26,063 nt of DNA from IMG/VR virus record IMGVR_UViG_3300022697_000391, positions 1 to 26,063 of that record; one strand, written 5' to 3'. Source of the stretch: a virus (Duplodnaviria; Caudoviricetes). Of this stretch, positions 9,467 to 18,115 are shown piece after piece (the first letter of the stretch is position 1; each line of letters opens with the position of its first letter). Both the position numbers and the translations under genes were made by a program. Under the pieces are notes generated by a model, which worked only from the letters and a program-made list of their open reading frames with translations, did no database searches and was not told the DNA's origin.

Positions 9467-9924
9467 GGCACCACCTCGGCGGGCGCCTGGATGAAGTCGT
9501 CGGTGGTGACAGCAGCCACACCCGGACCGTGGACCGCGGGTACCTCGAGGGGTGTGCGTAGTGCTGTGACATGGGTGATGGCCGCCCCGCCAGATCGCGT
9601 GATGCGGAGACGGGTATAGAGCTTCTGAGGCATCGTTGCTTCGGCCAGTAGGAGAGAGTTAGGGGCAGAGGTGGCGAGAGCCCCTTCGAGATCGACAAAG
9701 TTTCCGTCGACTTCGTCCTCGCTCTGCTGGATGGATACCGTCACCTCGCCTGCTGTGATGGCGCCGACACCTACCACGTAGGCAAGGCTTTCGAAAACCA
9801 TGTCGCCGTTGTTTACCGCCCCCACGGGGAGCGCCGCCGTCTTCAACTCGGCATTGCCGGTCGAGGAGCCTTCGAGTCGTTCAAACTGAATCCCGCGAGT
9901 GATGTTCTTTCCGGTCAGTGGCAC
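9463..9924 (-). CDS. Putative capsid decoration/cement protein
   Basis: 153 aa directly after the capsid gene with AGGAG RBS; beta-sandwich-like pattern 'VTVSIQQSED...FVDLEGA...KLYTRLRIT'. Confidence 0.55.
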   Translation of the reverse strand: MPLTGKNITRGIQFERLEGSSTGNAELKTAALPVGAVNNGDMVFESLAYVVGVGAITAGEVTVSIQQSEDEVDGNFVDLEGALATSAPNSLLLAEATMPQKLYTRLRITRSGGAAITHVTALRTPLEVPAVHGPGVAAVTTDDFIQAPAEVVP

Positions 9925-9948
9925 GATTTTTCTCCTATTCTGTTGAGA

Positions 9949-11310
9949 TCAGACAGAGGCCATCTGTAGACCGACCAAGGGATTGTCACCAGCGTCCATG
10001 AGGTCGCCGTCGTGACGCACGAACATCAAAAACCCAACGTCGCCGTCGTCCATGAAGCGCTCGCGGAAGGTCACCACGAACTGTCTTGTGACCTCGCGGT
10101 AGACGTAGGCGTCAAATTGCCCAAACGCAACCACGACGTTTCCAGGGGCCAAGGTCGGCATGTACGAATCGAGTTTGTAGGGGTAGTTGTTGAACGTGTT
10201 CGGCTGCCCGACCGCTACTGAAGGCTGCCAAAGAGGCCGGTTCTGCAGGTCGGTTTCCAACTTGAGGGCGGTCAGCACACTGGGGCTGAACAACAGTTCG
10301 GCTCCAGCTCGATGCACAATGTCGAGCTGGTCTTCGAGGCGCAGAAAGTCGGTGTAGGTAAGGGTGTTGGTCTGCCCTGGCCCGGTCGTGTACTTGACTG
10401 GCAGCCGTTTCTGCACGCCGTTTGGCTCTCCGTTCCCGGAACCCTCGATGAGTGCCCGGTTTCGACGACGAGAAATTCTCTTGGTGAATCGCGTGAAGAT
10501 CCAGGATTCGAATTGTTCGGTGCTCAAGTCCTGGAGGAGCTGGACGGGCGCCCGGACGATCAGAGAGGAAAGGGTATGGGAACGAAGAAACCTTTTCCTC
10601 ACCGTGGGTGCCTTGCCCCCGCTGTGAGACTGGCCTTCCTGGAGATATTTCCCCTCGGACGCCGTGTCATCCTCGAGCGTCCAAGGGATGTCGCGGCCAT
10701 GATCAGTGCTCATCCGGGTAATGCCGGTCTCGAGGAGACCCCCGTTGAATCTCGACGCCTCGACGTGATTCTGCACAGACTCCACGGGGACCAGATAGCC
10801 AAGGCTGGAGTCAACTCCGCTGGACAAAACCGCGGACACCTCCGGGTGGTCCTCGGAGAGCCTTTGGAGATCGCCCCGCTGAGAATCGAGAGTCGCTAGG
10901 CTGTCGGGCATGTGCTCCCTGCACCAGGGCCGACCATGCTTCAGGACGTTTAAGAAGGCGGTCTTGTACCCGACCCCTGCGTCAGAAACAGCTTCCGGGT
11001 CCTCTGCACTTCGGACGACACGACCGGCCGACTCGCCGAGGATCTTCTCGATCCTTGCGTGCCGATCTCGGCGCTCGGCGTCCGCGTCTTCCACCTTGGC
11101 GGAGTCGCGTAGAGAGTCCTCCTCGGCCTTGATCTGCTCGGTCAGCTGGGTGATTTCTGCATCCAGCCGGTCGAAACTCTCTCGGGCCGCCTGCTTTGCG
11201 ATGTCGCTAGCCGCAGCATCGTTCAGGGTCTGGACGTGGGGTTTAGCTTGCTCCCATAGGGCTGCGCACTGCCTGCGTAGACCATTGATCTCCGCGTGGG
11301 TGATAGGCAT
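9949..11310 (-). CDS. Major capsid protein, HK97 fold, with N-terminal coiled-coil (delta/scaffold) domain
   Basis: ATG 11310 after AGGAGG; motifs 'GYLVP', 'IEGSGNGEPNG', 'LKLETDLQNRPLWQP', 'VAFGQFDAY', 'VGFLMFVRHDG'. Confidence 0.93.
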   Translation of the reverse strand: MPITHAEINGLRRQCAALWEQAKPHVQTLNDAAASDIAKQAARESFDRLDAEITQLTEQIKAEEDSLRDSAKVEDADAERRDRHARIEKILGESAGRVVRSAEDPEAVSDAGVGYKTAFLNVLKHGRPWCREHMPDSLATLDSQRGDLQRLSEDHPEVSAVLSSGVDSSLGYLVPVESVQNHVEASRFNGGLLETGITRMSTDHGRDIPWTLEDDTASEGKYLQEGQSHSGGKAPTVRKRFLRSHTLSSLIVRAPVQLLQDLSTEQFESWIFTRFTKRISRRRNRALIEGSGNGEPNGVQKRLPVKYTTGPGQTNTLTYTDFLRLEDQLDIVHRAGAELLFSPSVLTALKLETDLQNRPLWQPSVAVGQPNTFNNYPYKLDSYMPTLAPGNVVVAFGQFDAYVYREVTRQFVVTFRERFMDDGDVGFLMFVRHDGDLMDAGDNPLVGLQMASV

Positions 11311-11351
11311 CTTCTCGACCTCCTCGCCGGTGATCGCGTCCTGAAACGCAA

Positions 11352-11399
11352 AACGCGAAACTACCGGCAACCTTGGTTGGTTGCTGATAGCTCCGCGTC
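11352..11399 (-). promoter_or_regulatory. 21-bp RNA hairpin in the capsid gene leader
   Basis: GACGCGGAGCUAUCAGCAACC-AACCAA-GGUUGCCGGUAGUUUCGCGUU has 4 G.U pairs and 1 mismatch, and is followed by a U-rich tract. Confidence 0.6.
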
Positions 11400-11422
11400 C
11401 GAAACTGGGTCGAGCGTGTCTG

Positions 11423-12418
11423 CTATGTCGCTCCGCCCTCCTCCGCGCTGGACTGAGCACAGGCGGTGGAGGTCGTGCCCTGAGATTCTGATGATAACTC
11501 TTGGCCGACAAATTTTGCAAGGGCCTCGTGCCGTGCCGTTCTTTGCACGTCGCCACTTCGGGCTGATCCCTGGAGTCGAGCAATGGTTTCGTCCAGATTT
11601 TCGACCCGATCAATCAGGCCTCGATCAAGAGCCTGTTGGCCAATATAGGTACGGCCGTCATGGAGGACCGTCGTCTGAGCCTGGCTGAGCCCCCGCCCTC
11701 GGCCGATGTCAGCCAGGAAGAGGGCTGCGTTGGTTTCGATCTCACCTTGCACCGCCTCGAGATAGTCCTCCGCTAGAGGTACGCCCATAACGCCGCTGCC
11801 TTTGAGCGGCGCCGAGGCCACCAGGTGAAACTTTAGACCACTCGCTACCGCCGCCTCCGAAGAGTCGACCAGCACGGCAAAAACGCCGATTGATCCAACA
11901 TGGGCAATGCGATGGCCCACAACTTCCGTCGCCTGCGAAGCGATCCAATACGCGGCCGATGCCCCGAGATCCTCGATGTAGGCAATGATTGGCTTCACGG
12001 CTCGGTGCTCAAATACCGCATCGGCCACCTGGGGAGTGCCGAACACTTCTCCGCCAGGGGAAGAAATCCGCAGGAGAGTAGCGGAGACCCGAGAATCCTT
12101 CGCGGCCTTGCGGATCGCAGCTTCGATTTCTGGGGTGGTGGCTTCTTCCGAACAGCCCAAAGACCTCCAGATCGTTGGTGATTTTCGCAGTGCACCAGCG
12201 ATGTTGATCACTGCGATGTCTCCTACCCGGATCGTAGGATCCACCTCTGGAGCAGAGGACGCCGCCTTCCCGGCGGCCGCAGCCGCCGCTCTGAGCCTGA
12301 GGCGCCCCGACAAATCGGCGCCGATCGAAGGGGGAAGTTCCGGCGGGCAGTAGTGCCGCGGGTCCATCGCCCAGAGGGTTGATTGATCGAGGGTTCGCGG
12401 GCGCCTGAGCGTCTTCAT
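11423..12418 (-). CDS. S49 (SppA/gpC-like) prohead maturation protease
   Basis: Motifs 'LRISSPGGEV', 'GASAAYWIAS', 'VGSIGV', 'GQQALDRGLID'; located between portal and capsid. Confidence 0.93.
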   Translation of the reverse strand: MKTLRRPRTLDQSTLWAMDPRHYCPPELPPSIGADLSGRLRLRAAAAAAGKAASSAPEVDPTIRVGDIAVINIAGALRKSPTIWRSLGCSEEATTPEIEAAIRKAAKDSRVSATLLRISSPGGEVFGTPQVADAVFEHRAVKPIIAYIEDLGASAAYWIASQATEVVGHRIAHVGSIGVFAVLVDSSEAAVASGLKFHLVASAPLKGSGVMGVPLAEDYLEAVQGEIETNAALFLADIGRGRGLSQAQTTVLHDGRTYIGQQALDRGLIDRVENLDETIARLQGSARSGDVQRTARHEALAKFVGQELSSESQGTTSTACAQSSAEEGGAT

Positions 12419-12424
12419 CGTTCG

Positions 12425-13966
12425 CTACTCCAGAAGTTGTTTGAGGATGGAAACCTGGCGATCGAGGAACGTGTCGGTGTCGAGGTCCTCGACTCCGTCC
12501 AGGCGCAAGCTGCGCCAGTCCTCGACTGCGGCGGATGCAAGGGCGCCGAGCGGTTTTCCCGTGACCTCGGCCACGATGGCGTACGCATCGCGAAACTGGG
12601 ACAACAGGAAGATAGACGTGGCACGATTCGAATACCATTCGGCGGGGCCCCTTGCCTTGGACTCGCGTCCAAGTACTCGGCCCACGGCCTGTGCGAGAGC
12701 CACCCGCAGGGCAGCGCCCGCTTGCTGCGCGCCGGAGGGAGGGCGCACAGATTCTGGCGGGAAGTTTTCCCCTGCCGGAGCGTAGTTCAGGGGCCAGAGC
12801 GTCGCCTCGCCGGCGGCGCCACCGAGTGGATTGCGCTCTTTCGCCGCTCGCCATTCGTCTGCCGTGAGTGCACCCCACTGCCGGTCGATGGCCAGAACTT
12901 CCGCCGCAACCTTCGGGTCGCCTCGAAGCACCGCATCAATGTTGATCCGGCTGTAGAGTTCTTCGCCGGAATTCCCCCAGCGGTCGAGGAGGCGGTCATC
13001 AACCGGCCCCTCCCATCTCCGGCACAAGGGCACGACTGCGTCTTTGACAAAACGTACTTCCGTCGCGTCAAGCGATGCGTAGCTGGCCTTGGCAAGGATA
13101 TTCACTCGGTCGGCTGATATGCGGTAGAGCGCAGCAACTTGCTGCCAAGAAAATATCCGACTGTCCAGAAGCTGGGCTTCTTCGAGCGGGAGGCGCGCGC
13201 TTTTCCAGTCCATACCCTCGTCGAGGATCCCGACCCGGTGGGATCGATCCAGACCCTTGTGCATGTCCTCGAGTTGGAAACGTAGCTTCCGGATGGCCTC
13301 GGTCTTGAGGCTCTTCGGCGAGGTGACAAACCCGGAGACATGGTAGCCCTCGTCGAAATACTTCAGCGCGAAAGTCTCGAGCTTTTCCGAGAGCCGTAGG
13401 TCTTTCGCCGCCAGCCGCACTGGGCTATAGGGCCTGTAGCCATTCGGTGACCACCACAGCACCTGGAATATTTGAGACGGAGCAAGGGACTTCAGCCCGG
13501 CCTTCGTGTGGATCAGGTACCGCAGCTCTCCGTCGATTCGCTCCGGCCGGCACCGCCAGGGCGGAATCGGCCAGAGGTGCAGAGGGTCTCCAGCGTTGGA
13601 AAATTCGATCTCGGCATACCCTACCCCCCAGCCAAGTACATGACCACTCAGGGTTTCGCGGAATGTCATCGCGTCCATTTCCGGGTTGGGCTTACCATTG
13701 AGCAGGCGGCGAATGCGATGTTCCGGGCGGTGGATGCGGTGATCATTTTTCCGCTGCAAGATCTGGAAGGGGAGGTGCGCTACGGTCTCGCTCAGGATAT
13801 GGATGCAGGTCGTGGCAACCATCGAGTTGGTCAGCCCGTTGGGACCGGGAGGGGTGAGGTCGGGCTTCGGAACTGAAGATGCAGTCCCGTCCATCTCACG
13901 GGCCAGGTCGAAGAGCGACTCGGCTGGATTCTCAAATCCCTCCGGTGCAAGGCTCTCCAGAATCAC
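12425..13966 (-). CDS. Portal protein, HK97 family
   Basis: GTGA-coupled start 13966; motifs 'CIHILSETVAHLP', 'PNPEMDAMTFRE', 'ILDEGMDWK', 'QLLDSR', 'TADEWR'. Confidence 0.95.
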   Translation of the reverse strand: MILESLAPEGFENPAESLFDLAREMDGTASSVPKPDLTPPGPNGLTNSMVATTCIHILSETVAHLPFQILQRKNDHRIHRPEHRIRRLLNGKPNPEMDAMTFRETLSGHVLGWGVGYAEIEFSNAGDPLHLWPIPPWRCRPERIDGELRYLIHTKAGLKSLAPSQIFQVLWWSPNGYRPYSPVRLAAKDLRLSEKLETFALKYFDEGYHVSGFVTSPKSLKTEAIRKLRFQLEDMHKGLDRSHRVGILDEGMDWKSARLPLEEAQLLDSRIFSWQQVAALYRISADRVNILAKASYASLDATEVRFVKDAVVPLCRRWEGPVDDRLLDRWGNSGEELYSRINIDAVLRGDPKVAAEVLAIDRQWGALTADEWRAAKERNPLGGAAGEATLWPLNYAPAGENFPPESVRPPSGAQQAGAALRVALAQAVGRVLGRESKARGPAEWYSNRATSIFLLSQFRDAYAIVAEVTGKPLGALASAAVEDWRSLRLDGVEDLDTDTFLDRQVSILKQLLE

Positions 13967-14157
13967 AAGAACTTCCCCTTGATACCGAAGGCGAAAAGCC
14001 CTAGGAGGCCAAGGCCAAGAACGATGAGGCCAGCGCCCGGATGGACCCACCATCCCGCACCGGAAGCAGCGGAGATCAACCCTCCATAAGCATGAGCGTC
14101 CTTCAGTGCGCCCCGCCAGAATCTACTCAACCGCCAGCTATCAAACTCATTTTTCAT
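13963..14157 (-). CDS. Small membrane protein between terminase and portal
   Basis: 64 aa with hydrophobic segments ('GAGLIVLGLGLLGLFAFG'); abuts the terL stop and overlaps the portal start. Confidence 0.75.
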   Translation of the reverse strand: MKNEFDSWRLSRFWRGALKDAHAYGGLISAASGAGWWVHPGAGLIVLGLGLLGLFAFGIKGKFL

Positions 14158-15897
14158 CTAGAACACCTCGAAATCTACGTCCGGGTCGTTGTATTTGCTT
14201 TCGTCGCTATCGGCCTCGCCGGCAGTCGCCCACCACCCCACCGCCATCACCAGCGCCACCGCGAGGTCGATCTTTGCCCGCGACTTCTTGCGATCCAGTT
14301 TCACCAGACCCGAGTCGTTTTCGTGGAGCGCGGCGTTGCCTATGCACCAGCTGAGTAAGGGATTGTTGCCGTGGGCTATCTGCCCACGGTTGATCTCAAC
14401 CGTTGTGCGTGCTGTGGCGACGTGGAGACCGGCGTAGGTCTGCGGCATCTTGACCATCTCGAAGCCGTCGTCTTGGAGATTTACAGCAAGGTCCATGGCC
14501 CGGTAAGGGTCATAGGCAATGGCTTGGATGTTGTAGACCTCGCCGAGTACGTTGATGTCTCGCCGCAGAGTCCGATAGTCAACCGCATCGCCCTCGGTGG
14601 TCCGGAGCCACCCCTGTTGGATCCATAGCGGATAGGGAGCCGCATCGCGGCCCCCGAGAAATCGCAGCCGCTCTTCGGGGAGCCAGGCGAAGGCGAGCAC
14701 CGCGGCCGGTCCATCGCCGCTCGGGAAGTAGAGCACGAGGGCGGAGAGGTCGGTGGTGGAGGATAGATCGAGACCGGCGTAGCACAGTTGGCCCTCGAGC
14801 GCCTTGCGGTCGACGGGGCCGCCGCATGCAAGCCACTTCTCAGCAGGGATCCAGGATCTGGAGCTTCCAACCCAAAGGTTCATGTGCAACCGCTGGATCA
14901 GCGCGACCTCGTGGGGAGCTGCGCTCTCAACCAAGCTCTGGAGCTTCTCGACGGATGGCGCACCAGGGGCCCCTAGATTCGGGTTGGCTTTGATCCAAAG
15001 TCTTGGATCCTTCCAGTCGTCATCCTCGGGAGCACCGTCAGCCTTGGTGTCGAGACAAGCGATGTAGACGAAAAGTTCGTTGTCGCTCTCCCATTCCTCA
15101 CCTTGCGCAAGGCGTTCGAGGGTCGCCGTGGCTTTGTCGCGCTCGAGCCGGCAGGGGTTGGTGGGGTCGTTCCCTGGGCCGGCCGTCGTGATGATCAGGA
15201 TGAGCGGCTGGATCCTTGCTGCCGTACCGAGTTCCAGCACCTTGAGCACGTTCGAGGTCGGGTGCCTGTGCAACTCATCAATGACGGCAGCGTGGATATC
15301 CAGACCATCGAGGTTCCCCGCCTCCGAACTCACCGCCATAAGCTTCTGCTGGTGGCCCGGCCTCGACAAGACGTGCTTGAGACTTCGAATCTTTCTTCGC
15401 AGGACCTCGGAATTCCTCACCAAGGTACGCGCTGCATCGAACACAATTTTGGCCTGGAACCTTGAGGTGGCCGCGGTGTAGACCTCGGCGCCGGCCTCGC
15501 CGTCAAAGAAGGCCAAGATGATCAAGAGCACCGCCACAAAAGTGGACTTACCATTTTTCTTTGCGATCTCGACGTACGCCTTGCGAAAACGGCGAGACCC
15601 GTTTTCTCTCTTCCAGCCAAAAAGGTTGATCACGATAAACACCTGCCAGGGTGCCGGCGCGAAGACCTCTCCCGCTCGGATCCCCTTGTAGAAACGGCAC
15701 CACCCAAAGACTGCCAGGGCGTCCGCGGCGTCTTCGCCGTCGAAGTAGTAGCCGCCCGGGTGCCCCTCCTCGGACAACTCGAGATCTCGGAGGTGTCGCT
15801 CGCAGGCAAAACGCACCCATCGCGATGCCGCCACGCGTCCGGAGACCACGTCTTTTGCGTACCCGTGCCCGTCGTCAACTGCCTCCTCATCCACCAA
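14158..15897 (-). CDS. terL: Terminase large subunit
   Basis: 'PWQVFI', Walker A 'AKKNGKST', Walker B 'VIDELH', 'ITTAG', nuclease motifs 'GLDLSSTTDLSA' and 'KIDLAVA'. Confidence 0.97.
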   Translation of the reverse strand: MVDEEAVDDGHGYAKDVVSGRVAASRWVRFACERHLRDLELSEEGHPGGYYFDGEDAADALAVFGWCRFYKGIRAGEVFAPAPWQVFIVINLFGWKRENGSRRFRKAYVEIAKKNGKSTFVAVLLIILAFFDGEAGAEVYTAATSRFQAKIVFDAARTLVRNSEVLRRKIRSLKHVLSRPGHQQKLMAVSSEAGNLDGLDIHAAVIDELHRHPTSNVLKVLELGTAARIQPLILIITTAGPGNDPTNPCRLERDKATATLERLAQGEEWESDNELFVYIACLDTKADGAPEDDDWKDPRLWIKANPNLGAPGAPSVEKLQSLVESAAPHEVALIQRLHMNLWVGSSRSWIPAEKWLACGGPVDRKALEGQLCYAGLDLSSTTDLSALVLYFPSGDGPAAVLAFAWLPEERLRFLGGRDAAPYPLWIQQGWLRTTEGDAVDYRTLRRDINVLGEVYNIQAIAYDPYRAMDLAVNLQDDGFEMVKMPQTYAGLHVATARTTVEINRGQIAHGNNPLLSWCIGNAALHENDSGLVKLDRKKSRAKIDLAVALVMAVGWWATAGEADSDESKYNDPDVDFEVF

Positions 15898-16366
15898 CCA
15901 CCCTCATGCCGCGACGTTTCTCGAGACGCCGCATCTCCAACTCCTTGGTAGGGTCCACAACCTCCTCTTGCTGCCCAATCTGTAGACGCAGGCGGGAAGC
16001 CGGAGTCATCCCAAACTGCACCATCATTTGGCGTAGTTCCCGATCGATCTTTTGCATGAGGGCCACTTCGGGCTTCACCTGCTGGTATCCGTTCTCCATC
16101 GCGAACGTCAGGCCATCCTCGAGGGCCTTTTTGCACTGCGCCCGGAGTATCCATTGATCGCAGATCTGTTCGAGGGCGAAGGCGTCTACCCTGGCGATCG
16201 TGCCCTGCTGGGCAAGCATTTTCACCAGCAATCGCCAGACTTTTTTGGTCTGCGGAGACATGCCGGTGGGCATCTTCGGGACCTCGACCTTCACTTTGGC
16301 CGCGGGCATCGGCGATCGAGACTCGAGGTTTTTTTGGACCACCGGAGTGGGGTATCGGCCAGCCAT
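15887..16366 (-). CDS. terS: Terminase small subunit, P27 family
   Basis: 'MAGRYPTP', 'KKVWRRL', 'GYQQVKPEV', 'FGMTPASRLRL'. Confidence 0.92.
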   Translation of the reverse strand: MAGRYPTPVVQKNLESRSPMPAAKVKVEVPKMPTGMSPQTKKVWRLLVKMLAQQGTIARVDAFALEQICDQWILRAQCKKALEDGLTFAMENGYQQVKPEVALMQKIDRELRQMMVQFGMTPASRLRLQIGQQEEVVDPTKELEMRRLEKRRGMRVVGG

Positions 16367-16896
16367 CAGGGGTCGACCCCCCCCCTACCCCCATTTCCGT
16401 CCAATGCGCGCGTGAGGGCACCGTGTTCGACGCCAGCCATCGGCGGAGACTTTTTGACCCCCCCCTCCCCCTTCCACTGGCCAAGGTTCCACTCTACTTG
16501 CAGCGGGAGCGCGCGGCGGTTCGCAAACCCCGCGTCTTCGTTGGCTGTTTTTGCGCTGTGGCAGGGCACACAGAGACTCTGTAGGTTCGCCTCGTCGCTT
16601 GGATCGTCTGGCGCGCCGATCGAGGCGAGATAAGCCCGCATCTCCGGCATCTCCCAAAGCGCCATGGGGACTATGTGGTCTCGGTGCTTTGCCTCTGTGA
16701 CACGGTCCGCCGCTCGGCAGCGTGCGCAGAACGGCTCTGCCGCCAAGCCCGCCTTGCTGGCCCTGCGCCAACTGCGTCCGTAATTGGATGGTCTCCGGCG
16801 GCTGGCACCGGGCCGCTCGTGGCGCGGACACTGGGTCGCCTTGCAGAGTATCGGGCAGCCTGGTGCTGCACATGGACTTCGCGGAGATACGGGCAC
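16366..16896 (-). CDS. Packaging-associated HNH endonuclease (gp74-like)
   Basis: AAGGAGGT RBS; 'YGRSW...EPFCARC...DHIVP...NLQSLCVPCHSAKT'; TGATG-coupled to terS. Confidence 0.92.
   Translation of the reverse strand: MPVSPRSPCAAPGCPILCKATQCPRHERPGASRRRPSNYGRSWRRASKAGLAAEPFCARCRAADRVTEAKHRDHIVPMALWEMPEMRAYLASIGAPDDPSDEANLQSLCVPCHSAKTANEDAGFANRRALPLQVEWNLGQWKGEGGVKKSPPMAGVEHGALTRALDGNGGRGGVDP
16373..16471 (-). other. Candidate cos/packaging-initiation region
   Basis: Two G-run repeats (GGGGGAGGGGGGGGTC and GGGGGTAGGGGGGGGGTC) flank a GC-rich core just upstream of terS, where cos lies in HNH-terS-terL phages. Confidence 0.55.
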
Positions 16897-17036
16897 TACG
16901 CACCTCCTTCCGCGCAGTCGATCTGCGCGCCGGTCATGTATTCGGCATTCCTTGCATCTCCATAATGATAATAGGTTACCATTATCGAATCAGCAGATGA
17001 AAGTGCCTGCAACTATCCGCCCCGAAGGAGGACTCA
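16897..17036. promoter_or_regulatory. Divergent AT-rich control region with palindrome GATAAT-N8-ATTATC (16967-16986)
   Basis: Only non-coding gap between the divergent HNH and lipase genes; locally AT-rich; perfect 6-bp inverted arms. Confidence 0.55.
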
Positions 17037-18068
17037 ATGGACCAGCTCACGGCAAAAAAACAACCGTCCCTCGCCCAGTGCACCACGCTCATGAAGGCCG
17101 CGAACTACGGACTACCCGATCTGGCAGAGGCTCTCGGTGGCCAAAACGTTGCCTTCCGGGACTTCGGCGACGACGCCCGCGTCCTCGCCCTGCGCATCGG
17201 GGGGGCGGAAGTCATTGTGCCGCAGGGCACCGAAAACCATGCAGGGTGGTGGCGAAACTTTCAGGTCGGGCGGCGACCAGTGCACACCAGCACCCTGGAA
17301 GGGTGCGCCGAAAATGATGGCCCGGTCCTCGGCAAGGCCCACCGCGGAATCGTCGAGAGCTGGCAGAAGATGGCCTGCTTCGTCCTCGAACGGGCGGAAG
17401 GCGCTGAGGTCATCGATGTACTGGGCCACTCGGCCGGCGGGATGATTGGCGGGATGGCCGCCACCGCGTTATGTGCACAAGGTCACGAGGTGCGACAGCT
17501 CGTGACATGCGGCAAGGCGAGGTGGTGCAACTCGACGCTCGGGACACACCTTCGTACCCACCCTCGACTCGGCCGCATGATCAGGGTGGTCAACGATAAA
17601 GACCCGATGTCTCTCCTACCCTTTTCGGGGAGCATATCCGGCAGGTGGAGGCACGAGACCGGCAAAGACGGCGTGGAAGATGGCGCCGTCGTCGTCTACT
17701 TGGACGCAGAGGGACGACCTAGCGTTGATCCCGACAGGTGGAAAAAGATGAAGTCCCGCTTCCGAGCAGGCACTACCGAGCCGGCGGTTGCGGATCTTTG
17801 GTCTATACCTGAGGACGCGGTCGATAAGCTGCGGAAGAAGGGCGTGACACGACTCGATCAGCTCGTCGGCCTGGCGGCAAGCGCCTTGGCCTCCATGCTG
17901 GGGGTGCCTGCGCCCCTTGCCGCCATGATCCGGCGGCAGGTCAACGAACTGGCCATCGGGGCAAGGGCGGTCGGGCTGTTTGAGGAGTCCATTGTCGATC
18001 ACTACATCGCCAATTACGAGCACTTGCTGCACGCCTGTAGCGCCGAGGTCGAAGGTCTCCTCTCATGA
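17037..18068 (+). CDS. Class-3 lipase-like alpha/beta hydrolase with helix-hairpin-helix-like insertion
   Basis: AAGGAGG RBS; 'VPQGTE', 'AHRGI', nucleophile 'LGHSAGG', 'RVVNDKDPMSLLP', C-terminal 'DHYIANY'. Confidence 0.88.
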   Translation: MDQLTAKKQPSLAQCTTLMKAANYGLPDLAEALGGQNVAFRDFGDDARVLALRIGGAEVIVPQGTENHAGWWRNFQVGRRPVHTSTLEGCAENDGPVLGKAHRGIVESWQKMACFVLERAEGAEVIDVLGHSAGGMIGGMAATALCAQGHEVRQLVTCGKARWCNSTLGTHLRTHPRLGRMIRVVNDKDPMSLLPFSGSISGRWRHETGKDGVEDGAVVVYLDAEGRPSVDPDRWKKMKSRFRAGTTEPAVADLWSIPEDAVDKLRKKGVTRLDQLVGLAASALASMLGVPAPLAAMIRRQVNELAIGARAVGLFEESIVDHYIANYEHLLHACSAEVEGLLS

Positions 18069-18115
18069 GGGTTCGCACGGGGAGTCGGGAACGATCGGGA
18101 TTGCCCACCAGATGA
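18065..18115 (+). CDS. Possible 16-aa coupling mini-ORF (MRVRTGSRERSGLPTR)
   Basis: Starts by ATGA overlap with the lipase stop and ends by ATGA overlap with the peptidase start. Confidence 0.35.
   Translation: MRVRTGSRERSGLPTR

Noticed and set aside
11311-11613. 101-codon upstream extension of the capsid ORF / possible protease-capsid frameshift fusion
   Set aside because: Strong AGGAGG at ATG 11310, the extension is Arg/Pro-rich and crosses the hairpin, and I saw no convincing shift site.
13963-14157. Holin call for the small membrane protein
   Set aside because: Small membrane genes between terL and portal are common in HK97-like head modules, and it is not linked to the lytic enzymes.
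16955-16982. dif/Xer-like site (CATAA...TAGGTTA)
   Set aside because: Spacer length is off by one and the XerD-arm match is poor.
17980-18111. Longer N-terminus for the M15 peptidase
   Set aside because: Overlaps the lipase catalytic-His region by 89 nt; ATG 18112 is more plausible.
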